The translations under genes and the position numbers were made by a program. The notes beneath the pieces are model-generated. The model was given only the letters and a program-made list of their open reading frames with translations. It was not told where the DNA came from and did not search any database. Of a DNA stretch of 64,000 nucleotides, positions 1 to 11,900 are shown in pieces. Every line of letters begins with the position of its first letter. Position 1 is the first letter of the stretch. The stretch lies in assembly GCA_965153455.1 (NCBI GenBank), contig OZ234493.1:4154001-4218000 (forward strand). Direction: 5' to 3'. The stretch is from Sphagnum compactum (Eukaryota).

Positions 1-14
1 CATTAGCAATTGTC

Positions 15-130
15 CTAGGAAGATTTAGCTAGGTTTGGTTATAGGACATATGGGAAGCTAAATTTTTTTATAACCCTACTACTTTTTAGCTACATGTAGG
101 ACCACATAGTCTAAATATGGTGAATTTAAC
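15..130. repeat. Copy of a dispersed short repeat family (MITE-like); related copies at ~27245-27380 and, inverted, ~48870-49030
   Basis: Shared blocks such as tttagc(c/t)a(a/g)(a/g)tttgg(c/t)tata and (tagtct)aaa(t/c)atgg(t/c) are seen at all three places. No TIR or TSD was resolved. Confidence 0.5.
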
Positions 131-699
131 TTTTTTCACTATTTTTTTGCCAAAAAAATTGAAAATTTTCTCACAAAAACCTTTGAGAAGGTCATAATTC
201 ATTTTTAAATATTGTAACAATGTAAAATTTTGTGTAATTTTTTTTTGACTATTCCCAACAATACAAAATTTAAGTGTTTTAAAACAAAATTATTTTGATG
301 TTATTTTTAAAATCACTTTTCAACCTACATTAATAATTTTTTCATTTCTTTCACACTAGCAAGGAAACTTTTTGAGGAAATCAAAGAAATTGACAAGGGA
401 AGATCTTGAGAAGACTTTGATGAAGGTGTTGGATCTATGAATTAACATGAAGGTGATTGAAATATATATATTAACATTTGAGAAAAATTGGGAAGCATGA
501 TAATCAAGATAAGAAAAAACCTAAACATTTGAGAACATAGTAAGCACCCCTTAACAAGCATTATTTAGTGGAAAAAGTGATTCACATTGCTCAAAACCTA
601 GTTTTTGTTACAGGATTTGATTGTTTTGACCTTATAGCCATTTCAAATGAAAAAAGGATCACTCCTTTTTAGTGTTCAAATTTATGATGTTGGTTGGTA

Positions 700-3650
700 T
701 GTTCTCTTTCATGTAAATGTGTTGGTTGGTTCATGGCTTTTTGGCCAATGCTGTAAATAGAAATTCATCGTTCAATGGTATAGTAAGTGAACTTGGAGGT
801 TTCACAAGGTAGTAGTGGTAGCATAAATGGGGGGTGGTGGGATTTTTTTAGGTAAACTTTAAAGAAACAATTAGCAAGAAGCTTTTGGAAGGGGCTTACG
901 CAAACATTTCAAAAGGTAGTCCAATCTTTAGAAAGTGTGTGATCAATATTAAAAAACTTGACCTATGCAATTGGAATATTAATAGAGTGGAGTCTTTTAA
1001 CTCAATGAATGGCATTGACAAAGCAACAAGGATTCATATAAAAGGAAATGTGGGAGTAGAACATCAATGAGAAGTAGATCAATGTCGTCCACAAGGAAAC
1101 AAGAAAAAATCTAATTTTAAAGGTAGCAATATGGTAAATTAAGTTGTAGAGTGAGGTTTGAGGATATGTCATCTCTTGAAAGGTCTAATGATGTTTTTAT
1201 GATAGATAACATCAAAATAAAGCCTTCCCCATTCTAGTTTTAAATATGTTTTAAGAAGGCACATGGCTTTTAAACATGACAACGTAACAACATTGAAAGA
1301 CTTGGATATGATGCCTTGGGTTCAAACCAAGATCATGAAAATAAGGACAACACATCAAAATCACAAATGCAATTTGCCTCCTATAGCCATAGTAAAGGTC
1401 AAGAGAAAATTATCACACCCTTTTTTACAAACAAAGATGCCACAACATTAGTTAGACCCCTTAGGCCTAGGAGGATTAACCATCATGTAAATAGAAACAA
1501 CAGTCACAACACAACAACAATTCTTTCAAGAGGAATAAAAGCTAAGGAAGACATATATCTAAGATTCATTTTCCCCTAAGAGGCAAACCTTAGCAAACCT
1601 TAGCATGCAATGCCAAACCTTGAAAAACATCTCACTAGTTAGAATGAAAATATTGAATAGTTGGGCAAAGGATAAATTGCATAAGTCTTTCAAACAATTG
1701 ACAATGAAGGAAAGGGATTCTTTGAACTACAATTTGAAAAGGAACAAGGCAAAACATCTACATTAAGCCATTTAGGTCGCAAGTATGAAAATCAACTCAT
1801 CACTTTCTTTAATTGGAAACCACATTTGTTTTCATTAGATTCCAAAGAAAATGAAAGCCTAGATCATCCAATTTGGATTAAATCGTGGGGTTAAGCCAAT
1901 TCATGAGAATATAAACATATAAAAATCAATTGGTAACCAAATAGGGATGGTCCAATTCATTGACAACTTAGAGTTTGAAAAGGCTAAAATGTTGGGCCCA
2001 AGGATAAAGGTGTTAGTGGAGCAATTAGAAAAGTTATTTCAATCGGTTATCCTACTTCATGTGGATAAAAAAGGAGACTTTAAGTTACAACTAGTCTACA
2101 AGGGCTTACTTAGTTGATGTGTCAAATGTAGGGCTATTGACCACCCTATGTGCCTCTACCTACTAACAAAAACATAGTTCAAAATCATTAAAAACCTACC
2201 AACAACACATGCATCCAAACATAGCTCAAAAAAAAGAGGCAACCCCATCTATAAAAGCCAAGCAAAAGTCAAAAGAAAGTGGGTGACCCCCCCCCAAATA
2301 GGCCTTGCAAAAAGGACCCCCCAAAGGAAAAATTGGCCAAAACAAGTCACAAGGTCTTCTTTGAGATAAATTTCCCATTGTTAGAGTTAGTAACCCCCTT
2401 TAGAGCTTGGCAATAAAGAGGCAAAAGTAGTTTATTCATTCACAACTAGCAAAATCAACACATAGTAGAAGCTAACCAATTCAACATGTTTGGGCAATAG
2501 CCCATGACATAGAAATAGAACATTTCAATCTTGCCCATGCATCTCAACAAGAAGTAGAAGAAACCCCTAACCTCACATGGAAGATAGTAGCATATGACAA
2601 AAACAAGGATAAAGGTGGTTCCCTTCAAACATCCCACCTTACTAGACCGCTTCGAGAAATAGAGACTTATAATTATAATTTAAACTTATCAAGTAACTTT
2701 TATCAAACACTGGAGTTGGAACAAAACCTTTAGACATGGATTAGAAAGGCATGCATTCTCTCAATTATAGTCAAGGCTAACATCAAAACATCACACTTAG
2801 ATATGTAATGGAAAGAAAAAAGTTTTGCCTTCAAGCCCATAAGTTGTTTCAAGTGATAACCAAAAAGGATTAATTCTTGGGAAAATCAAGTTTGATGCAT
2901 ATTACATATTAAGTTGCCATGGAACTTAAGGAAATCATTCTTAATGCTAAGAACAAAGTTAGACCTTTAATGTAGTGCTAAGATGCAAGTTTGACATATA
3001 AATGGAAAGCATGTGTAATTAGAGGTAACATTTATTAGATTTTTGCAATAATCCAAGTCAAGGAAAAGATGATGTTTCTAGCCAATCCAAAACATTATTC
3101 TTGGAGCCATGCCCCATATTGTTTCAACAACCTCCTAATCATGACATCAAATTCCTTGGTCAAAATACAAGGAGACATCCAGGCATGGTTAATTTAGACA
3201 TGATTACATAAAACCCATGAGTTGACCCAAAGAATGATTTAGCAAATAAAGCAAAGTTTTCATAAACCTAAGCTTTGGGACAATATTCCCATTGAATCTT
3301 CCAAACTCCCCTAATGTAAAAGGACCAATTTAGCATAACCTCCCCAAATGTATAGTTTTCTAGGATAGGGATGCCATGAACTCACAAAAGGAGCATAAAG
3401 ACATTTTTTGCCAAAGTTAATCCACAACTAGATATTATTGTAGTTGCACAAACTCTCAACTAGAGATTGTGTAAACAAGGTGGCCAACATCCAACTCAAG
3501 GGAAATACCTCCTTTTGGAATGAGGTAGTGTTTTTAGCCACAATAGACCACTTCAAAAGAATAGAATTGTAATTTTCACTATAGGAGCATGTTAAAGGTA
3601 GAAATTCCACCTAGACTAGTTAGTCATATGGGCATCCTAGTAACTAGATA
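700..3650 (-). mobile_element. Highly degenerate L1-like LINE relic (endonuclease and reverse transcriptase remnants)
   Basis: The minus strand carries frameshifted echoes of LINE ORF2 motifs in the expected order: NV-YAP (~3390-3405), GDFN-like (~3295), LDFEKAYD-like (~2530-2550) and RQGCPL-like (~2280-2300). There is no long ORF, and boundaries are approximate. Confidence 0.4.
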
Positions 3651-5798
3651 GTCACTAGTGATAGATTACTTATTGCTCCTTAGTTTATCTTGAGGATTAA
3701 GCCATTAGGATTAATTGATCCATTGAGATGGGCGATTAATATTTGTTTATAATTTACCATGAGGGATTTATGAATGAATTAGGATACGGGAGCCTATTTT
3801 GGTGGGAGAGGTGTGAACCTTGTGTGGTCTTGTGAAAGGGGGATTTGGATATGGACCGTTTACCATTTTTGTATGGAATTTTGGAGGAATGCAAGGGAGA
3901 ATGTTGTATGAAAAAAGAGTAATGCAAGTGTGTGTAGAGATTAAAAACCTTGTGTGTATCATGTGGTAGAATTTTGTTTTATTTTATTCTCGTTTTACTT
4001 ACTTTCTGATATGATAGTAATTTAATGTAATTTGATGTAGAATATTGTAGTTCTCATATTAGTTTATTCTACTAAACTATGTTATACATAAAATTAGCTC
4101 TTTGGAGTAGGGAAGCTTGTTAAAAGGTAATTGTTGCAAGATGATACGAATAGTTTGTAGACAAATTGGTGGAAGGTAATAGCTCATGCAGTTAAGGAAG
4201 TTTGGTGGAAATCACAAAGTTGCTTATTGGCTTACTCAACCAACAATTTTCCCAGTTATTAAAATGTGGGGTTAAAACATAGTTACCTTCCTACCTTCAT
4301 AATGAATAATCAGAAATTTCAATTGGTTTTTTTTTTACTTCATTTTTTAAATTTTATGTTGAAAAACAAAGCTACCTTCCCCATGGTAATCATTGAAAAC
4401 TACCTTCCCCTTTGTAATTTTTTAGAGATTTTGCTTGATTTTTGGGCTATTTGGTCCATGGTCTTATAGATTACCATATTACACATTCCAAATCAACGCG
4501 CAATGAACAATCGACATCATAAATGTTTAAGGTTTCAACAACACATGTTCAAGAGCCAAACTTTGGACCGAAATTTTCAACTATGAGCTCCCCTCTCCAA
4601 AATGGATCAGGGTGCAATCATAGTTGGGGTACACAAAAGGAATGTCTCACCCCAAAAACACTTTCAAGACATTACTTTGAATGATCATTACTTTATGAAG
4701 TAATTTTTTTGGTAGATTTTTTTTTTTCATTAAATATTCACATTTTTTTATTAAAATGGTGATGATTTTTTATGATTTGGATGATTAAAACATGTCTTTA
4801 AATGTCTTGAAAGATTGTTGAAGAATTATGTCCCATTGCGTAGTTTTATCAAAAATGACTCAATAGGACTACCAATATTTGTTCAAATTGTTCCATATTT
4901 TAACCATAAGTAGAATAAAATATGTTCTATACAATGGCATAATTTTTTTGTATGGTAAATCACTAAATTTTGTGGAATTGATGATAGAATTAGATTTTTT
5001 CATAAAACGGATGCTTTAATAAGGATAACCGAATTAATTTTGTTAATTAAAAATTTACATTCCAAAGGTTTGGAAAGAAGTATAGGAAATATGGGTTTAA
5101 ATTTTTTTCTTTGATTTTTAAATTTTGTGTATGTGTATACATTAAGGTTGTTTTTTAAATGAATTTTTATAAAAAAATTCTTGAATTTTTTTTTGGTATG
5201 ATGTAAAATATAAATGCATCATTTGATATAAATATGTAGTAGGGTTAAGGTTTTTAATCAAAATTATGATTTTTTTTTTCCTATTTTACAATCTTTGTGC
5301 ATGTACATGTTAGGTATGTATTTAAATTGAATTTGAATTAAATAATAATAATAATAATAATAGACATTACATGAAAATGAATGGTACTTTGAACTCCAAG
5401 AATAAATTCTTACTTGAATCAATTTTTTCCTCTTATGATAATTAATTCTCAAAATTTCAACACGATCGGAAAAAATAAAAATAAAAATCAATAACACACA
5501 ATGTCAATTGTCATTGAATTCAATGAAAACAACGCCAACTATGAAATTCAAATATAAATAATTAAAACTTGTCGTAAGCTTTACACTCACAAAATCAGAG
5601 AACACAAATTATTAAAAACCTAAAAAAATCAGAAAGCTCAAAATGCTCAACGCAAAAGACAAACTGAACTCTAAAATTGAATATCTTGTAGGAAAAAAAA
5701 AACCTTAATATGATAAATAAATTAAAAAAAGGAGTTCTAATATTTACCCCTCCTAAATTTATATTTAAAAATTAAAAATTAAAAATAAAATTAAAAAA

Positions 5799-5826
5799 CC
5801 CTAAACCCTAAACCCTAAACCCTAAA
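5799..5826. repeat. Interstitial plant telomeric repeat (CCCTAAA)x4
   Basis: Four perfect CCCTAAA units read directly from the sequence. Confidence 0.9.
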
Positions 5827-6399
5827 AAAAAAACTCAGTTAGGAGGATCAGCTTGTTGCACATAGTCCTTGTCCAGGAAAGCTCATGGACCTGTTATGAT
5901 GCTGCACAATGAAGAGCTCTGCTCAAGCTACGAGCACGCATCAATGTCCTTCGTCTAGAGGTTTGCAGTTTTTACTACTTGAATATATACATAGAAATCT
6001 TGATAAGATCTGCTGCATGGTGGCAATGTAATGCTGTGCAGGCGGCCCATACATTCAGGAGAGCAAGGGCTGGTTTACTGCAACCAATCTGTCTCACACT
6101 TTCACATCCTCACATGTAACCTGAAGTGAGCATTTTTCATTACAGTGAAAATCAGTTGAGTTCAACAGCACCTCATGAACCCACCTCCACAAAACATCCC
6201 TATTTGATCACAATCCTATCCAAGAAATCAGTTGCTGCTCTCTCCTTGAGGTCTTCCATGATAGGTCTCTGTCAACCTTTCTGCAGCCAAGAAGGGCATG
6301 TGTTGTTAGCCAGCATCAGTTCTAATTTTAAGGGTTCAACTGAGAACCTTAGAACTGCTGCTGAAATCAATGGGTCACAATGTCTCTGAAATTTCATTC

Positions 6400-8400
6400 T
6401 TGTTGTGTTGGTTTCGGCTTGAGTGGAACCAGCATAATGGTTTCGAAGTTGTCTCTGCGCGCTGGGATTATCTGCTTGTGGTGCACCGAGATTCACACTA
6501 GTGTGTTTTGTCTGCTCTTCTTCACTTTTTGTTGCTAAAAGCATGAGCGCCAATACAATAACCTCATGAGTGCCTCTCACTCGCAAAGTATGATGAAACC
6601 TTCTGGCACATTCCCAGAGGCAATGGGAAGAAGAGTCCAGATGATGCTATTGACCACCAGAAATTCAGAGACTTGCCTAATAATGCTCAGAAGGAGTCTG
6701 GAGAGTCCTTTTCACAGCCCAGGGGTTAGGGTGGGTTTAGGCATCATAATGTGGGAATTTGAGCAAGCTCCTGTCCGAGCATCTGAGTTTCCTTGAACCA
6801 CGAAATTCTTTGGAAACTGGGTCAGTCTGCAGCCAGACAGCAATGTGAAGGGGGGAAAAGAACTGCTAAACATTGTCGATAACTTGGTGATCGAACTCAC
6901 TCCGAATGCTAGCTAGGGATGGTTGCCGTAAGTGAAGAATAATGCAAGCTTCGACAGGTTCCACTCCTGAAATGGCTGGGAACTCGTGCAACGCCAGGAG
7001 GCTCCTCAGTGAGTAGTACTTCAGCAACTCCACGTCTTTCTTAATGCCATAGTGGTTGCCTGTAATCTGTGCAAGAGCCAACAATCTCATATCTATGCCT
7101 TTCTCGGCCTTGTGGCTAAGATCAAATGTAGTATCTGTTCTTATCAGTTTAATATCTGATACGAGACTCATTGAGTCTCATGATATTAGTCTAATTTTTT
7201 TCGGGGGCGTGGGCATCCGGAGCTTGCTGCCTGGCTCTGCATGAGTCGCCATGGTATTGCAATCCTTCCTAGGCTGGCACATCCCTCCCCATTCCGGGAC
7301 CTAAGAAACCCAAATAGGATTTTACTTAACTACTAGTCTGTGATGACAACAAGTTGTGGCTGGAACAAGGAGACAAGCCCCTGGGACAAGGCTTTCGTTG
7401 CATGAAGACATACCAACCAAGAGTCCTTTGGAACTACTTCATGCACCAGACTAAATATGCCAGGCACACTCCTATATAAGAAGTTTATATAAGAGACCAA
7501 CAGTGGTCCATTGTCAATTCCTGCTTTTGAGATGCTGGCAAGGTCATTAGTCTGTGCTGCATGGGAATGCATTGGACTTCCTATATATGTCCAATGACTG
7601 TATTCTGTCATCTGTTTGTTGTCTGGTTCAAAGGTCATGCCTGTAGCTGATGATTGCATCTCTAGGACAATAGTCTCGAAATTGTCAGGAGGCAATACCG
7701 AAATGTGTGCTATGAGACCACATCAGAAACAGAAAACTATTCCTTCAACTCATAAATACTCTGCCTTGTGAAGAGCCATTCGATATGAAACAGACGTCAC
7801 CAGCAGTCAAAACTAAAACTAAGATAACAAAGAATTGAGTAAGTGCGAGTACAGTAACCTCGTGAGTGTGTCACTCACTCACGAAGTAATGATCAGACCA
7901 TCAGGTCTGAGTTTCTGCCACACTTCCAGAGGGCAATGGGAAGAGGACCCTTGATGATGTTGGCGAGCAGTCAAGAGTCTTGCACTACTGATGCTCAGGA
8001 GTGGAGAGAATCCTTATTAAAGCATGACAAAGAAATCCAGATATATGTAACATTGGAGAAGGTGAGGTTAATGTGCTGTGCGAGTACCTCAGCAAAGCCC
8101 ATCTCTGGATTCTGAATCCCATAATGGTTTCCGACATGTGTGTAAGACTGCAATATATATAGAGCCCCTTCCGACATGAGAAGCTTCGCAGCTTTCTAGG
8201 CCAAATCTGTTTTTGTTGAAGTTCATAGACCAGAGTATACCATGCACAAGCCTATACAAGAGACCAAGAGTCGAACATTGTGCATTCCTGCTTTTGAGGT
8301 GCTGGACAAGGCCATTAGTTTATGCTTGTACATTTGTGACTTCCTATCTGATGACACAAACTAGTTTGACAGTGATCACCAGTCCAATTACAGCAACATA
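6400..8400 (-). pseudogene. Fossil protein-coding sequence made of two diverged tandem units; product unidentified
   Basis: Homologous block pairs: ~6435-6452/7669-7686 (DNFETI), ~6550-6715/7845-8020 (THEVxVLAL, LPIA), ~7043-7060/8114-8131 (GNHYGI) and ~7490-7580/8255-8345 (SKAG..LLVS). Differences within GNHYGI and DNFETI are all synonymous on the minus strand. Many stops and frameshifts. Confidence 0.6.
7095..7291 (+). ncRNA. U2: U2 spliceosomal snRNA, full length (variant or pseudogene copy)
   Basis: ATGCCTTTCTCGGCCTTGTGGCTAAGATCAAATGTAGTATCTGTTCTTATCAGTTTAATATCTGATA is nearly identical to the plant U2 5' end. Also present: branch-point recognition GTAGTA, stem IIa, a perfect stem IIb (GAGACTC-ATT-GAGTCTC), the GATATTAG complement of the IIa loop, an Sm-like AATTTTTTT and loop IV ATTGCA. 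Length is about 197 nt. Confidence 0.93.
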
Positions 8401-8982
8401 ATTGCTCTCACCACAGCAAAGTGAACGGAGAGAAACCCAAAACCAATCCAATACAGACATCTAAGCTTATCAAAGCATAATATTCTAAAGGTGTATCCAT
8501 AAATATTTGCTCGTTAGCACTCTCATAACCATCACTTAACAAGCAAAAGAGAGTGGAAAGGCTACAGAGAACATAACTCTGGTGCCTTGGCAGAATGTTC
8601 AAAAGTCGAGATGCACACAAGTTCAGGTAAAATACAGCTCCTCAATAGGATTCAGTGGACAGGAAACAATGATACTCTCACCGGTAACTTATTACTTAAG
8701 TAGATCAATTTATGGAGTGAAGTGCTGTGTCATACTTTCGCCTATAAGAGAAATCCATGTCTTTGGATTAGATCAAGAAGCCCAAGCTTTCATGACCTTC
8801 AACTTCTTTGGTAGTGCATCATCACCTCCAGAGAACAGGCAAGAAACAACTCACCATGGCTACTCCTGTCAAAAGCTAGTCACACTGATAACATCACACA
8901 TTCATGCAAAATCTACCAAAGATGTCAGGTCAAAAATTTGTCTCTTTTCTAGGGAGAAATAGCCAACAACAAATCTGTATCC

Positions 8983-11900
8983 CTATAGACGAGTAAATTG
9001 TCGTTTATCCCCTTGTGCTCGCTTCCCATATGGATTGCTTGCACTGAATCTGTGCCCAGACCCTTGCCCCTCTGGCCGGCTGCCATTGCCTGCAGAGCCC
9101 ACCTTTCTCCTGAACTTGGCAGCATTGCTATCTAGGTTCAAATTCACTTTCGGAGGACAGCTGAATCCAAATGAGGCTGCCACAGCCTGCACTCCACCCA
9201 ACCCAACATCTATATCAAATTTGGGAGACAATCACTTTCTGACACTGACTTTGAGAAACTACACTGTCTCTTTACATCATGAAAGCAATCCACTTTTTGC
9301 AAATTCACTCGCAATTAACACTTCAAAATCACTAGTGCAAAATGTTAGCATAACCTACATATTGTTCAAACTTTTACATGCACCCAACATCCAAAATGAT
9401 GACCTGGAGATCTAGGCGATGGACATTGAAGATGTCCTTCATGGCATGAGAATTGTAGGCCAGCAGATATGACCGATACGCATCACGAGCAGACTGATGC
9501 AAATAGTAGTTCTTCTCCACAAGCTTTTCCTATAAAGCCATAACATGTAGTAAGCACCTTAACATCCCATTCAGATTTAGACCAAGGTGATTCATGCTAT
9601 TTAGCTTTAACCATTAAGGATAGCTATGAACTAGGATTCTCTGTCATTTGATTGTCTTACATAAATGCCTCTCAAAGGACATTACCAATACAAATAAATA
9701 GTAAAATAATCATGGAAGAACAATCATGAATACAAGCCTTCTCCTGTTATAGCACTTGCAATTAGTTAAAAGCCCAGTGTAAATTTATTTTCATATTAGA
9801 GCAATGGGATCAAGGAAATGGCACAAACTAGTTGTGATTGGACATTTGCAATCTTGTTTGATGGGAACTCATATTCGTTGAGAGGAACTTTGGCACCCTG
9901 CACACATCAAAATACACCCTTTGTGTCAATATGTACTGAAACTAGTCCAAACCGGAGTTTTATATCTACTCAGGAAAGGAAGCCCCCACTGTCAACAGAT
10001 TCATTGCAATTTCAAGAACTCTGCCCTTCTCAAGCACTGAATCCAACTACGATGCATGATAACATGCAGCATCTACAAGGTCAGATTGTGATGAAGGTTC
10101 ATAGGAGAAGCTAGATACTGCTGTAGGATGAGGCATACCTTCAAGTAGCGAAGGAAGCCAAGCTCTTCAGGAATAAGGAAAAGAAGAGCCCTTCCTTGAG
10201 CTCCTTCTCCTCTTGCAGTACGACCCACTCTATGAATGTATTCCTGCAGTAATGCAACATAGAAGATTCTAGCAAGATGACAGGCTAGATGAAACTCCCA
10301 TAAACAAAACCAAAACAAGAAAGCACAAAAGAAACAAAGTTGAGGCTTGAGATTTTACCCTTGGATCATCAGGTGGGTCATACTGAATTATCCAATCCTG
10401 CAGGCAACACAAGCAAGAATGCATATAGTAGAAAAGTCTGAATCGCAGTACCTCACACAATACTGGACAAAACTCCATTCAACCCAACACCACACACTCC
10501 TGGGCTCACCTCATTAATTGAGTTCTATAATTTGCAGTTCCGAAAACACTATCCTACAGCAATGGTAGATACAGAATAGATAATGAAGTGTACAAAAACA
10601 AATATAACCTGCACAGAACAGAAAAAGTGTAGGAGGCCCACCACAGCAGGAATGTCCAGACCACGTGCTGCTACATCTGTGCAGAGAAGGATGCCTTTTT
10701 CAGCGTTGCAGAACTCAAAATAGGTTGAAGTTCGTTTTTGCTGCTTTTGTTTCCCATGGATGTCTAGGCAAGGGATGTCAATATAGTTCAGCAATTCACC
10801 ATGGAATTTAACAGAATTACATGATGAAAAGAACACCATGATCTGTGCACAGTCCACCACAAAAGTTGTGTTGTGTTATTAGCACATCTCAGACCACAGT
10901 ACCCAAACACAAAGGAGCAAACCAAGCCAAGTCAGCACAACTGACTCAAGCACAAAATAAACCCTGCAACCATTAACACCACTTGCATATCAAGAGCTCA
11001 AAATAGTTTGTGGTACATCCTACATGATGTTTTGACTCCTGGGTAGTGTCTGTACAAGCATGAGGCTATACCTTCTTCTTGAGATTTTTTTTCAAGAACG
11101 TGAAGAGGAGAAGAAACCGCTGCTCACTTGAGACTACACAGTAACCTTGTTCCAGACCCTCCACAGTTGCCTGCCTCCCCACTCACAATGACCTCCCCAG
11201 TCACTTCAAGAAAGCAAACACGGATGCTGTGGGGGCATCTGCTATCAAGCAGTGCACAACAGGTGAAAGTCCAGGTCCTTACAGAAGGTGGACATAGAAC
11301 TTGACTGCAGAGGAACATTCATGGTTAGGACATCAGCTACAGCAAAGGCGATAGGAGACCCTAGCTTTTTCAAGAATCCTGCTCTCCTGGGGCTTGTAGC
11401 TCAGCAGCCCACCTCAAGGGAGCACTACTGGAGTCTGAGGGGCAGTGACTACCAACAGTAACACATATGATGGTCACTATCATTACATCCCCAGAGATTC
11501 TCAATTCCTAATAGTGGGTTAACAGTGAATGTAAGCTACCAGCCTTTGAAATGAGTTTCTGTCCCAAGTTTAGAAGCAACAGGAAGAGACAACCATGATG
11601 CCAGGTAGCATACCAAACATAAGCAGACACAACCACAGACAAACACTAAGAACAGATGAGAAAAACCCCAACACATGGAAGAAGAAGAAGGCAAGAAGCT
11701 CAAACTAAAAACAATGAAAGAGAAATTAGTGGTGGGCCTTGATTCCTGTGGACTGCATGTAGGAATCCAACATTCATAAAGTCTATTCAAAGCACCGAGA
11801 GATAACCAACAAAACAGACTTACATTTTTCACATAAATAAAAAAAATGCTAGTGCTTCCAACTAAGCTGAACTTGAGCGGGTTGCATCTTCTGGGAGTGT

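Noticed and set aside
6588-6700. ATGATGA box-C-like motif suggesting a C/D snoRNA cluster after the telomeric repeat
   Set aside because: There is no properly placed CTGA box D, terminal stem or recognisable rRNA guide. The segment is explained as part of the duplicated fossil coding sequence.
6866-7244. ORFs 6866-7171 (-) and 7056-7244 (+)
   Set aside because: They are chimeric read-throughs of the U2 sequence and its flank, not genes.
11255-11400. GAAAGTCC...GGGGCTT resembling the RNase MRP/P P4 helix
   Set aside because: It is antisense within an intron, lacks the CCCC of P4, the other conserved regions and a USE/TATA promoter. Probably chance; an Infernal search would settle it.
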